Assembly (NCBI GenBank): GCA_000002445.1
Contig: CP000068.1
Coordinates: forward strand, 1,120,001 to 1,184,000
Source: Trypanosoma brucei
Lineage: Eukaryota
Direction of reading: 5' to 3'
DNA length: 64,000 bases
The notes beneath the pieces were generated by a model. It made no database searches and was not told the origin of the DNA. It saw only the letters and a list, made by a program, of their open reading frames with translations. A program made the translations under genes and the position numbers. Shown piece by piece: positions 1 to 11,600 of this stretch (its first letter is position 1; the number at the start of each line of letters is the position of its first letter).

Positions 1-371
1 AAATGAAAGTGAGACTGCTTGCTTTGGAGGCCGTAAAACGCGCCAAGAGAAATCAGTCTGCCGCTATATCTTTCCTATGCAAGCAAGTTGGTCCCTTAAT
101 TTACAAACTCCCTGATGCTGTAACGGCCCACCACATCTTTGTCGAATCTTTAGGTGCTGTAACTGGCGTTAATGGTTCTTGTTGGGAAGTTCCTTCACCC
201 TGCGCAATAGCGCGGGAGGTGAATGAGTCGCTGTTGGACAGCAGCGAACCGAGTGCACTTGACGTATTGCTGTCGTGGTCTGAGTTACAGCAAGCGGCGA
301 GGAGTGTGGAAAAAGAATTACATCATAAGTCAACTTTTCCCTTTCCGGTTATGGTGTCTGACAGAAGTTGA
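1..371 (+). CDS. 3' end of a protein-coding gene; the 5' end lies outside the window. Hypothetical protein.
   Basis: The open frame runs from the window start to a TGA at 369-371. Codon usage is coding-like and GC-balanced, unlike the flanking AT-rich sequence. No recognisable domain. Confidence 0.35.
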   Translation, partial: MKVRLLALEAVKRAKRNQSAAISFLCKQVGPLIYKLPDAVTAHHIFVESLGAVTGVNGSCWEVPSPCAIAREVNESLLDSSEPSALDVLLSWSELQQAARSVEKELHHKSTFPFPVMVSDRS

Positions 372-1624
372 CACGGGTACCGTCAACTTTTATGAGACTT
401 GGGAGGAATACCTGGGGTGGGAAACGAGAAGTAGCCTCCTCTTCCCCAAATTCTTTTTGTTTCATCTTAAACGTTTGCCAACGTGAGGAAATTTCTGTCA
501 CTCAAGCTAGCTTGGCGAGGCGGTTCTTGATTACTGTTGTTTGTGCCAGTACCGCGAGGTGTAGTTAGGTTAACGTGCAGGTAAGGGCCCCTGCATGTTA
601 TTCCTAGCTTTTATTTTTGTGCTTATTTCATGGAGGTAGCGCGTGTCTTCATACATTGGTTTATGTGAATGTTCTTTGTAAATTCATTTCCCTTTACCGC
701 CCTATTTATTCCTTTACCAATTTTGAGGATTAACCTACGACACGCGTGTTTGTTGATCATTCACTCTTTTTATTTGGCCTTTTCTTCTATCAGTTTTACT
801 GTTAGGTACTGCGTACACTCGATGTTTTTGTGTATGTGTGTGTGAAGCGAGTAGGCGTCATGACGGGTTGAGCGGGAAGATCAAATTTGAAACTTTCCGT
901 TGCTTTCCCATTTTGTCCAATTTCTTCGTGTTATTGCTCAACACACCAACTTGCTATTTCTTTGACTTGTCTTTTATCGCTTCGTGTTGCTTCTCGTGTA
1001 GTCTTAGATTGGGTTTAAGGCGGCAGAGTAGGTCCGAAGTTATGATTGCCGGCGGTGGTGAGTTTGTAGTGAGTGCATCTCCATGGTCCCCTCGCTAAAG
1101 AGCTGCATTTCGCCGAGAGTGAACAAAAAAAAACCAGTGTTTTCGCTCGTATAGAGCAGCTCCAGATTAAGTGAAGTGCGCGCCGTTATGGGTTCATTTG
1201 GGTAGGTTTTTCTGTTTTGAAGTTGATTCACCGACGCTGAATGAAAAGAATGCGCTTTCGCGTACCAAAGTGTTTCACGTTGACTTAAGCCCGGTGAACG
1301 TACGAAACTCGTCCTCCTTGGCTCGTTGACTTACTCTTCCTTTTTGTTTAAGCTGTAGTTTGACTGTTTTTTTTGTTTGCATTATATTTAACGTCAAAAA
1401 TTTTGTTTGTGCAATTGCTTGTTATTTGCTTTTTGTCCCTTTGTGAGTTGCATTGTTTTTTTTTTTTTGGTTTGAGTCGCGTTTTTCTCATTATTTCCAC
1501 AACACGAACTATTATCATTTGTTGCACTGGCTGTCAAAAGTGACCTACAGAGTAATAGTAGGAGACTAAATCAGAAGCACCCGTAGAGGAAGATAGCGTG
1601 TGTTGAAAAGTGAGCGCGGATCGT

Positions 1625-2182
1625 ATGGCAGAGGTGCATGTATGTAGGCATGGCCAGGACGAAGATAACCGCGATGGTTTATTAAATGGACGCCGTGACC
1701 GGCCTCTAACTGCTTTAGGCCGTGAGCAGGCCAGTGAAGTGGCTTTGAGACTCAAAAATGGTGGCGTCTCATATGACGTAATTTTGGCATCCCCCCTCCA
1801 ACGGGCTTACGAGACCGCGTGCGCCATTGGTAGAGCCCTCGATTTGGTTGTGGAGACGGACGAGGAACTTACTGAGCGAGACTTTGGTATTTTGGCCGGC
1901 AAACCGGTGGCTGATATCCGAAAGTACGCCGGAGAGAACGTTCTCCAAGGTGACAAAGTGTTGTATTTTCTTGAGGTGGAGGGTGCGGAGACATTTGATG
2001 AGTGCTTTAACCGGGCTGCACGCTTGTTGAAACGCGTGGATGAACGGTTCAGCGGGAAACGCGTCCTTTTGGTGTGCCACGGTGACATCGGGAAAATGGT
2101 GCAGGCGGTGCGGAAGAACATAACATGGCGAGATGCTCTTCTGCTTCCATACATGTCAAACACTGACATTGTGGAACTGTGA
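1625..2182 (+). CDS. Histidine phosphatase superfamily protein (phosphoglycerate mutase family)
   Basis: N-terminal RHG catalytic motif (VCRHGQDEDN). A second conserved His lies in LLVCHGDIGKM. Size of about 185 aa is typical. The ORF-track start at 1610 is a GTG, so I use the first ATG at 1625. Confidence 0.7.
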   Translation: MAEVHVCRHGQDEDNRDGLLNGRRDRPLTALGREQASEVALRLKNGGVSYDVILASPLQRAYETACAIGRALDLVVETDEELTERDFGILAGKPVADIRKYAGENVLQGDKVLYFLEVEGAETFDECFNRAARLLKRVDERFSGKRVLLVCHGDIGKMVQAVRKNITWRDALLLPYMSNTDIVEL

Positions 2183-2743
2183 TGAGGGCCGCAGGCATCA
2201 GGAATACGAGTTGTGGGAAAGCGTTGCGGATTGGGGAAGAGTCAAGGGTAGCCCGTATTCTGATGTTCGTAAGTATACGGGTAGTCGCTGTATGACTACA
2301 CAATGACGTTAGTTGAAAGCTACTTGAGGTGAACGGTACGCCTGGAGTATTTTTGCTCATCCGGGTTCGTTTATATCCCAATGAAAAACTATACAACACT
2401 CAACGATGGGCCAAACAACGGCTGATATGGGAGGGCGACGTACCATTATCATTGTCGTCATTTTCCCCCCTCCTGACTGCTTCCGTTATATTTACACTGT
2501 GGCGATGCAGTGTTTTTTTTCCCTCGTTTGTTGTGTCACCGTTGGAAAAAGAAGCCCAGTTTATCGTTCTCAACATAATTTCAGCACGCGTATCAGGGCT
2601 TCACTAGGAAGCTGGGGTTGGATGGGAGTGGAGATGCGTGACAGTGTGTTGCCTCAATATTTCTTGATGCTCGGAATCTACGTCAAAACTTACTATCTCT
2701 CAGCCTTGTTACTGCCGCAAAATAAATAAATAAAGTGGTAGCT

Positions 2744-4570
2744 ATGCCACCGAACCGTTGGGGTCGGCCACCGTCCCTCAGCCCCACTGAGGCTCACAAG
2801 GGGGAACTCATCCGCTACATAAAAAATGAAATTCACGACAATAACCATCTCGGCCTCCTTGGTGAAGAGTTGGACAATATGGCGAACATGTTGGCAACGT
2901 GTGGTTCGAAGCGTGAAGTATATGAGTGGTGCCAGACCCTCATGGTCGGAGAGGCGATGGCTGCCGAGGTCATAAAAAGGCGTACCAACCATGGGCCACG
3001 ATTCGAAGGTGAACCCACAGAGCAGAAAAACGCACCTGCATCTGCACCTGCCGTGAGCCGTATGCTAAATTTATCAAGAAATAAGGGTACGAAGAAAAAA
3101 GGTACTCCTGCTGCTAAAGGAGGCAACAGCAAAGCCACAGCTGCTTCCACGCTCAAGCCAGGGTTTTCCGAATGTGGTTGCTTTGCCACGGAACACAACT
3201 TACGTGGAAACTGTGCGAACTGTGGGCGCATCATATGTGAGCAAGAATCAGACGAAGCATGTTATAATTGTGGGTTATCACCATCAACGTGTGTTGCGTA
3301 TGAGATTAAAGTCCAAGAGGGCCGTTTAACCGAGGCGGCACAGGAAAGGGACCGGGCAACGTATGAGGCAGCTGTGTCCAGGCGTGATGAACTACTGAAG
3401 TATGCGGAAACTCGTGCCAAGCGCACTAAGGTTATTGACGATCAAACAGCTGTATTCTTTGCGCCAAAGAATGCGTGGATGACCGTCAAGGAGCGGGAAA
3501 AGGCCGAAAAGGATGAAGCACTCGCGGAGCGACAACGGAAGGTAGCAGCGATGCACCGCCACACCGGGGCGTATTCTGTGCACTTGGATATCATGAATCA
3601 GAACGTGTCGCTTGGGTGCCCGGCGCCGCCCGGGCCCGGTCAGTGTCTGAAATCGTCTTCTTCATCTACTTGTAGCTCGCAACTTTCCGACCCAAATTTT
3701 GACGAGTGTAACATTGAGGAAGTGGAAGAGGCACGTGCATTGCCTCTTCCAACGCTTATGCAAAAGATATGGTACAGTTTAGACGGCTCGACGGGGACTA
3801 CTTGCTTTGCTAATGCTAACGGTGCCACTGGTGTGCAAGATAGTAAACCGGAGGTTCATACCACTCATGAAGTTTCACGTCGTGTGCAACAGGACTACTA
3901 TGAGGACGACGCACAATTCTACCGTGATCTGCATCGTTTCCAACAAGAAGAATATGCCAGAACCCAGTCTGTTTGTGTGGTAGAAACTGATGACATTATC
4001 TGTGACGATACTGATGAAGCGGGGCAACAGTCTAAAGATAATTTTGTGTCGGGCGTCACGGAACCTACCGAAGCAACTTCGGAAGGTATTGTTCTTTCTG
4101 CATTAGTTCCAACACCTGTCATGCGCATGAATGACAATGGCACTTGTCTCTCCCTACACCAACCGTGGGCCGGGCTCCTTGTCGCTGGCATAAAGGTGCA
4201 TGAGGGCCGTGTGTGGAGCACAGACTATCGCGGCCGACTTTGGATTCACGCAGCCTCCTCACAGCCACACGACATCAGAGAAGTGGAGGAGAAATATGCT
4301 AAATTTATGGAACCCAATCAAAAGTTTCCCGAACATTACCCGACACGTGTATTACTGGGTTACGTGTTTCTCATGGACTGCATGGATCGGGAAAGGTATG
4401 AGGAGAATTATACGCCTGAACAACGACAAGAGGAGTCCCCCTTTTCATTTATATGTGCTGTCGGTAAAACACTTCCTTTCCCACTTCCGATGAGTGGTAA
4501 TCACAAGTTGTTTCGTTTAGACCGTAAATTGCATATAGCTGCCAGGAAGCAACTTATGGAGGTGAACTAA
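2744..4570 (+). CDS. Activating signal cointegrator 1 (ASC-1/TRIP4)-like protein: zf-C2HC5 zinc finger plus C-terminal ASCH domain
   Basis: Cys/His cluster CGCFATEHNLRGNCANCGRIICEQESDEACYNCG matches the C2HC5 finger. C-terminal LHQPWAGLLVAGIKVHEGRVWSTDYRGRLWIHAAS matches the ASCH beta-barrel signature. Start moved from GTG at 2735 to ATG at 2744. Confidence 0.7.
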   Translation: MPPNRWGRPPSLSPTEAHKGELIRYIKNEIHDNNHLGLLGEELDNMANMLATCGSKREVYEWCQTLMVGEAMAAEVIKRRTNHGPRFEGEPTEQKNAPASAPAVSRMLNLSRNKGTKKKGTPAAKGGNSKATAASTLKPGFSECGCFATEHNLRGNCANCGRIICEQESDEACYNCGLSPSTCVAYEIKVQEGRLTEAAQERDRATYEAAVSRRDELLKYAETRAKRTKVIDDQTAVFFAPKNAWMTVKEREKAEKDEALAERQRKVAAMHRHTGAYSVHLDIMNQNVSLGCPAPPGPGQCLKSSSSSTCSSQLSDPNFDECNIEEVEEARALPLPTLMQKIWYSLDGSTGTTCFANANGATGVQDSKPEVHTTHEVSRRVQQDYYEDDAQFYRDLHRFQQEEYARTQSVCVVETDDIICDDTDEAGQQSKDNFVSGVTEPTEATSEGIVLSALVPTPVMRMNDNGTCLSLHQPWAGLLVAGIKVHEGRVWSTDYRGRLWIHAASSQPHDIREVEEKYAKFMEPNQKFPEHYPTRVLLGYVFLMDCMDRERYEENYTPEQRQEESPFSFICAVGKTLPFPLPMSGNHKLFRLDRKLHIAARKQLMEVN

Positions 4571-5192
4571 ACATCTGCATTTTCTGGTCTAGGAACGAAC
4601 GAAAAGCTCTCTTTCGGTAACCGCTGTTGTGTTGGAGGAAGTACGAGGAAGATGACTGAGTGGATTCCCCTTGAGATTTGCCCCTCCTCGCTTACCTATT
4701 TCACATCCTTATTGGTTCGCTTATTCCTGGTTGTGGGCTTCAGCACTGAGGATTAGCGAGGGAGGGTTTTGTTTGGCTACTTTTCAAATTTTGGTCCGCG
4801 TACCCCTAACCCGCCATACTTGTTAATTCTGTGCTTACACTCACATCTGGTGTCTTCCATCTGTCGTACCCCTCAGTTTCTTCTTTACCCTGTGTCCTCT
4901 TTCTGCGTGTTCACGTTTACGTTCATACACGCACACGCCTGGTTTGTGAAAGGTTTCTCTCCGCTACGGCTTGTGCGCTCACTTGTGTTTTCTGCCTCAT
5001 TAACCATTTGTGCTGTCACTGTCGTGACGTGGAGCGAGTGACGACAATTGCTGTGGTACTTTGAATTATTATTATTATTATCACTCGCTTGAGTCGGTCA
5101 GAAGTGAGGAAGTAGGAAAGAAGAGGTCAAGTTGAGGGGTTACTTACCCAAAGGCTGTGTAAGGAAACCGAGCGGCTTTTGTATCTCTCAAC

Positions 5193-8039
5193 ATGCCTAA
5201 ACGTGAAAGGGAAGACAGTAAGGACAGCTGCAGCGGTGATACTAGTTGCTCAACCGATAGCAGCACGAGTGACTCGAGCTCTTCATGTTCGATTTTCTCT
5301 TCTTCTAGCGGCAGTGCGAAAAGAAGAAGCAAAAAGGCGTCTTTTGAAGTCCATAAGATCGACAACGGCAACAGCGGCGACACCACTAGTAAAAGCAACA
5401 CATCTCCTAGACCAAATGATGGTGCGGTCAAGTTGGATGTTAGTGCAGTGCTGCGTGCGGAGCTGCAACCCAAACTTACTGAAACGCTGGGGGATCATGC
5501 GTTAGAGCCCGTATATGGTATCAAAGATGAAAATAATGGTAACAGTGGCCGTGCTGTATACGAGGACGGTGGTGGCATGCAACATGAAGGATACGGTAAT
5601 ATATCAAGCGATAATGACTCTCTTGATGACAGGTTCGGAACATCCGCATCCACTTCGAGTACCGACGCTGATGACGAAGCCGTTGAAGACTTCCGGGAGA
5701 GACTTTTGGCGCACGCGCAGGTGACCAGTGCGGCCAAAAAAGAGCACAGCACATCAATTGAAAGTGAAGGTCTGCTAGGTAGCGGACTAAATCCCGCCCG
5801 AGCACTGGAGCACTTGCGAAAGGCATTGCTCAAGCCAGTTTCTTCCACGGCACTCGCAGTTGTAAGCGCCACTGATGAATCCCATGACCTCATGGATGCC
5901 GTGGTTTCAGCGAAACTCCCACCTCCACCTGCCGATGACGTAAAACGGTTGAGGAAACTTCATTATGTGGACCATAGCACTATTGAATATCCACCAATAC
6001 AGAAAGAGTTTTACGTTTCTCCACCTGATGTCAGGGGCCTCGACGCAGGGGAGCTAAAAGAGTTGCTGAAAGAACTTGACGGTGCCAAGGTACGTGGTCG
6101 TGATCCACCACGACCGATGCGTAGTTGGACGGGATCCGGTCTTGCGGACTCTGTACTTGAGGCGCTCGCGGAAGGGGGATTTCAGCAACCATTTGCCGTG
6201 CAATCGTTAGGTGCTCCTGTTCTTATGAGTGGCCGTGACCTGCTTGTTGTCGCCAAAACGGGATCCGGAAAAACGCTGTCGTATCTGCTCCCACTCATCC
6301 GGCATTGCATGGGTCAGAGAGCATGTAAAAAGGGAGAGGGCCCAATCACCCTTGTTTTGGTTCCTACGCACGAACTTGGTTGCCAGATTGTGAGGGTTGC
6401 GGAGAAGCTCTGCTCTGCAGCTCACCTACGACTCGTTGCTTCGTACGGATTGGTTCCCCTTTCTGATAACATAAAGCAGTGTCGTGCGGGTTGCGAGGTG
6501 ATGGTCTCAACACCGGGTCGTCTACTCGATCTTCTTACAGTTGGTGGCGGGGGTGTGCTTTCCCTCAGGTTTGTTTCTTTCGTTGTTGTGGATGAGGCTG
6601 ATCGCATGTTTGATAGTGGTTTTGCAGAGCATGTGGAAGCTTTTTTGAAGAATATCCGTCCGGACCGTCAACTGGCGATGTTTAGCGCCACCATGCCGAA
6701 AGAACTGAAAAAGGTAATTTGTCGCCATTTGCATGACCCAATAGAAATTACGGTGGGTGGAAAACCAACGCCGGCTTCTAATGTGGAGCAGCGTTTCTTT
6801 TTCTTCGACGAAGAGCTTTACGATGTGGACGTGGAAAGCCGCAGTGAAGACAAAAAGTTTTTGAAGCTTTTGCAAATTCTTGGTGAGGAGGGTGGAAACG
6901 GAGAACATCTTATTCTTATATTTACACAGCAGAAAAAGGAATGTGATGAACTATTCGCGCGACTCTCCGCCTGTGGTTACAACAAGCGCATTGCCGTATT
7001 ATACAGTGGCATGGATCCCATCGATCGTGAGTTTGCTCTCGAGTACTTTTCTCCTGGTAATCAGTTCATTCTGATAGCAACGGGTGTAGCTGAGCGTGGA
7101 CTGGACATACCTTACCTTGAACTAGTCATTAACTACACCCTTCCAGACCATTATGAGGCTTATGTTCACCGGATCGGTCGCACAGGTAGAGCAGGGAGGA
7201 AAGGTAAGGCTGTCAGTTTCTTCACACGAGGAAAAGATGATGAACTGGCGGCTGACCTCTGTGAAGGTCTTGAGCGGGCAGAACAACAGGTATCGGAAGA
7301 ACTCTACGAGCGGGCTACAAAGGTGCGTGAGTTACGCAAGGGTGGAACTGCACGACACAATGCTCTCTTTCACCGTGGTTATATGCGGGCGAAAAAGCAG
7401 CGGTTCACCAACCGTGACCAAAAGGAGCAGTTCAAAACGGCACTGCGTGCGGCAGGATTGGAGGACGATATGCCAACGGGGTCGGATTCGGACTCCGGTT
7501 TCAGTAGTGGTGATGATAGCGATGTGGGTGTTAAGATTAAGGCTGTCGAAGAGGACAACGCTGACGACAGTTGCGACGCCGAACTTTCCAGTGCACTGAC
7601 CATCCATAAAGGTGATGGTGCGCTCACCGTCAGCTCCGCTCAACTGCAAAAGCAGAAAGAGTCGTTGGAGGCGGCGTTGGCGTACGCCAGAAAGACAACG
7701 GAGATGGCCGTTAATCCAGCATCGAGGAACGTGCGCTTTGAGGCAGAATATCCTATCAATGACCTGCCAAATGTTGTGCGTTTGCGACTGCAGAACTCGG
7801 CAGTGCTGCGGTCGGTGGCGGAAGAAAGCAATTCAACAATAGTCCGTAAAGGTGTGTTCTATGATAAAAGTTTAAAGCACTCGCATCGCCTACGCGACGG
7901 TGTTCGGCCACTTTATCTTTTGATTATAGGCAAAACTGCTGAATCTGTGCGGGACACAGTGAAGAAGCTTAATAGCGTCAAGGAAGAGGCTCAAAGTCGT
8001 CTTCAGCAAAAAGTGTCGTCGGTTGGGGCACAGCTTTAG
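5193..8039 (+). CDS. DEAD-box ATP-dependent RNA helicase, Prp5/DDX46-like (spliceosomal)
   Basis: Motif I AKTGSGKT, Ia PTHELGCQ, Ib TPGRL, II VVDEAD, III SAT, VI HRIGRTGRAGRKGKAVSF. N-terminal Ser/Asp-rich acidic region. C-terminal EYPINDLPNVVRLRL...GVFYDKS...RPLYLLIIG resembles the DDX46/Prp5 C-terminal module. Confidence 0.85.
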   Translation: MPKREREDSKDSCSGDTSCSTDSSTSDSSSSCSIFSSSSGSAKRRSKKASFEVHKIDNGNSGDTTSKSNTSPRPNDGAVKLDVSAVLRAELQPKLTETLGDHALEPVYGIKDENNGNSGRAVYEDGGGMQHEGYGNISSDNDSLDDRFGTSASTSSTDADDEAVEDFRERLLAHAQVTSAAKKEHSTSIESEGLLGSGLNPARALEHLRKALLKPVSSTALAVVSATDESHDLMDAVVSAKLPPPPADDVKRLRKLHYVDHSTIEYPPIQKEFYVSPPDVRGLDAGELKELLKELDGAKVRGRDPPRPMRSWTGSGLADSVLEALAEGGFQQPFAVQSLGAPVLMSGRDLLVVAKTGSGKTLSYLLPLIRHCMGQRACKKGEGPITLVLVPTHELGCQIVRVAEKLCSAAHLRLVASYGLVPLSDNIKQCRAGCEVMVSTPGRLLDLLTVGGGGVLSLRFVSFVVVDEADRMFDSGFAEHVEAFLKNIRPDRQLAMFSATMPKELKKVICRHLHDPIEITVGGKPTPASNVEQRFFFFDEELYDVDVESRSEDKKFLKLLQILGEEGGNGEHLILIFTQQKKECDELFARLSACGYNKRIAVLYSGMDPIDREFALEYFSPGNQFILIATGVAERGLDIPYLELVINYTLPDHYEAYVHRIGRTGRAGRKGKAVSFFTRGKDDELAADLCEGLERAEQQVSEELYERATKVRELRKGGTARHNALFHRGYMRAKKQRFTNRDQKEQFKTALRAAGLEDDMPTGSDSDSGFSSGDDSDVGVKIKAVEEDNADDSCDAELSSALTIHKGDGALTVSSAQLQKQKESLEAALAYARKTTEMAVNPASRNVRFEAEYPINDLPNVVRLRLQNSAVLRSVAEESNSTIVRKGVFYDKSLKHSHRLRDGVRPLYLLIIGKTAESVRDTVKKLNSVKEEAQSRLQQKVSSVGAQL

Positions 8040-8665
8040 TTGTGACACTGCTACTGCACAACTGAAGGGATCACCATGGGTGGAGGGGGGGAAAGGGGAA
8101 ACGCTACAGGAGAAGATAATGTGGAACACTACGGCATGCTGTGCAACATGTTGTGGGGGAACACGCAACTTTTGGTGCAGTCTGTGCGGAATCGTCCATG
8201 AGTGTGCATTGGATTGAATCTCAATGAGCTTCGATCACACTCGGTTCTTATTCATTTACGAGCAGGCATGTGAAGACTGCCTCCGGCTGTTTTGGCACCT
8301 GCAGCATGTCTAACGGGAAACCAAATGATGACAATGGAGAACGGCTTGTGCATTTTTTTTTTTTTTGCTATTCATGCATGTGTGTCATCCTTATTGTTTG
8401 TCAGTGTAAGTGGTCTCCACCTTTCCCCTTTCTGACGCATGTCTTTTTTTTTTCTGTTTTCTTCCGTTGTGGCTTCGCGCGAAGCATACCTCCTCAACCA
8501 TAGTTGTTTGCAGCTCTCATAAAAGTCTCTCTGTGCATTTATATTAAGTGGTGCAACATAACTCGAAGCAAGTTTGTAAAGGTGTGGGGCAGGCATACGC
8601 AGGTTCACCATAATCGGGAATATAAAAGGCCCTGTATTCAATAATAAAAAGGGTTACGTGCCTAA

Positions 8666-11600
8666 ATGACGGATGCAACTAAGATGGCTGGCCAACTTCT
8701 GTTCCAGAACACGTTGGCAGAGGTAGTGCGTAAGTTGCGCTCCAGTAACGAGAGCGAAGCGGAGGTGATTGAGCAATGTATTGCCGACATCAAGAGTGAG
8801 GTCACTTCCACTGTTCAGAGCGTTAAGGTCACCGCAGTGTTGAAAGCCGTCTACTTTTCCATGCTCGGCTACAGTGCAACATATGCTGCTTTCAACATCA
8901 TTGAGGTTATGGCGGACAAGATGTTCGGATACAAACGTATCGGATATATGGCGGCATGTTTAACATTCACTCCGAAAACAGAGGTTCTCCCGTTGCTTAC
9001 AGCTCTGTTGAAACGCGATCTTTCCAGCACTAACCAGTACGAGGTGGGTTTTGCGCTTTACTGCATTTCCACTGTTTCCTCTCCGGACCTCGCTAGGGAC
9101 CTTGTAGTGGATGTGGTGAACTTATTGAGCCATCCGCGTAATTACGTTCGCAAAAAGGCGGTTCTTAGCCTCTACCGCATTTTTTTTGAGTACCCCGAAT
9201 CACTGAGACCAACCTACCCTCGGCTAAAGGAAAAGCTCGACAGTAGCAGTGAGCGGTGTGACAATGACCCGGCTGTGAGAGGTGCTCTGGTGTGCGTTTT
9301 GTGTGAACTGGCCAGACGTAATCCGGCCAGCTTCTTAGGTCTAGCGGTTCCTTTCTTTTCCATGTTGTCAACGATACAGAGCAATTGGACATTGATCAAG
9401 ATAATAAAGGTTTTTGGTTACTTCGCTCCTCTTGAGCCTCGGCTGGGGAAGAAGCTTGTGGATCCGATTATTCGTATTGTTCAGACAACAGGTGCAAAGT
9501 CTGTACGTTACGAGTGCATTCTTGCTGTGGCCAACGGAATGAGCAAAACACCCTCACTAACGAAGATAGTCGCAGAGGAGCTTAGAGTTTTTGTAGAGGA
9601 TAGCGATCAAAATTTGAAGTATTTGGGCCTTGACGCCATGTCTCGCATGGTTCGTGACAATGCAAAGCTGTTGGGCGGTCATCGTGATGTAGTTCTAGCA
9701 TGCCTTGATGACATTGACACAACTATCCGTCGTAAGGCCCTTGAGGTTCTGAGTGGCCTTGTGACAAAAAGAAACTTCGTGTCAACCATCAATAACATGA
9801 TGCATCGGTGTGTGCGGCTGCCTCCTGATGAGGAATGGTCTAACCGCGTATTAGCGACAGTAATCGAAGTTGCTCAAACTGACGATTATAGTTACGTGCA
9901 GGACTTTGAGTGGTACGTAAAGATCCTACTAGACATCAGCCTGGTGAACCTCTCCACCTACCAACACGGTGCCCTGGTACAGAAGGAACTTGTGACTGTA
10001 CTGACAAGAGTGAACGCGGTACGGCAGTTTGGTGTTAACGAGCTCTCTCAGCTACTGTCGAACACTAACTTACTTAAAAGTGATCCATCCCGTTCCTCGC
10101 AGTGGGAAGTGTTGAAGGCGGCGGCCTTTCTCTGTGGAGAGTATCCTTATTGGCTTCAAGACAAACGGCGCACATGCGAACTATTGTTGAGCGAGCGGAT
10201 TTCTTTACTAAAACCAGAAGTGCAAGTTGTTTGCGTCACTGCGGTGGGGAAGATTGTAGCATACATGCACAAGCCATGCCAGCGACACCTCGTTTTGGTG
10301 AATGGCGAGGAGGAGATACCATTACCAGAGGATTCCCTAACATTCGAGGAGTTGCGCGCTTCCATTCTCCAAACAGAAGCCATCACTGACAGCAACGGGA
10401 CGGCGAAGGTGGTTGGAGCCACCGGCTCCATCTCTAATCGGCACGATGTGGAAAGAAAAAATCTATTAGGCCTCCAGTTATTCCGTCACAGCGTCCATCC
10501 AGACGTTCAGGAGCGGGCAAGCATGATTTTGTATCAGCTCAATGTCGACCCCGATATTGGCCCTCTACTATATGAACAGGAACTCCTTCCGGTTGCCATC
10601 GGTGCACAGGAGGCCGTGGAGCCACCGGAAGGATTGAATCTTGATGAACCATTTTGCAGTCACTTACCAGCGGGGTTGTCTCCATCTGACAGCGAAGAAG
10701 ATGGAGCGGAAAATGATGAAGACCTTTACTATGTGGACGGCTATGATGCTATTGTTGCCCGCGAGCAGCGGCGGCGGGAAGAGGCCCGACGTGGCGAGGT
10801 TGCTCCGTTTTATATTAAAAATGATGCCTTATCACGGGATCAACTTTCAGAAGAGTTGCATTCCGCTGTCAGTGCTGCCCCGGCTCCAAAGACGTCAACG
10901 TCGTTTTACGTACCACAGAAATCTCAGGTAATCAATCGGTATCTGTCACGTCCCAAGAATTATGATGCTGCGGCTCATGGGCAGCGACGAATTCAGGATG
11001 AGGACGTGGATGAGGCAACGAAGAAGTTTCGAAACGTAGATGTCACACGGTCACTAGCACCAGATGAAAGATTGCCGGAGCCTATCCCGTATGGGAGGCT
11101 TCAACAAAGTGCTACCACCGAGGGTACTGCGGCGGCAGCGGCTGCTGCAGCTGCTTTGGATTTCATGGTTGACGAATCGTTTGATCCCCTCGTACTTTTG
11201 GAGGAAAAATACCTGCGCGTGACCGCATTTGTTCTTTCCTGTCGCGTGCGGAAGGCGGGCACCCAAATTACGATGGCCGTAGAGATATCAAACCTTGCAA
11301 GCAGCAGCAGCATGCGCAACGTTTCGCTGCGTTTCCAACCTAATAATGACAACTATACGACGGAGCGAGTGCGGCTGGAAGCAGACAAATCTCAAGAGGC
11401 CATCACAGGTGCTAATCGTCCAAAAACTGGTAGGGGTGACAATAAGAACGCTGTTGGTGAAGGTGGTGACGGTGACAAGGAAGTGGAGGAAAGTGACAGA
11501 AGCATATTCGTTTCAAAATGCATGAAGGGGACTACGACATTGCGGACGAAGATGCTTCTGACGTTCTCTGGATCACTTCCGCCTTCACTTACCGAACCCC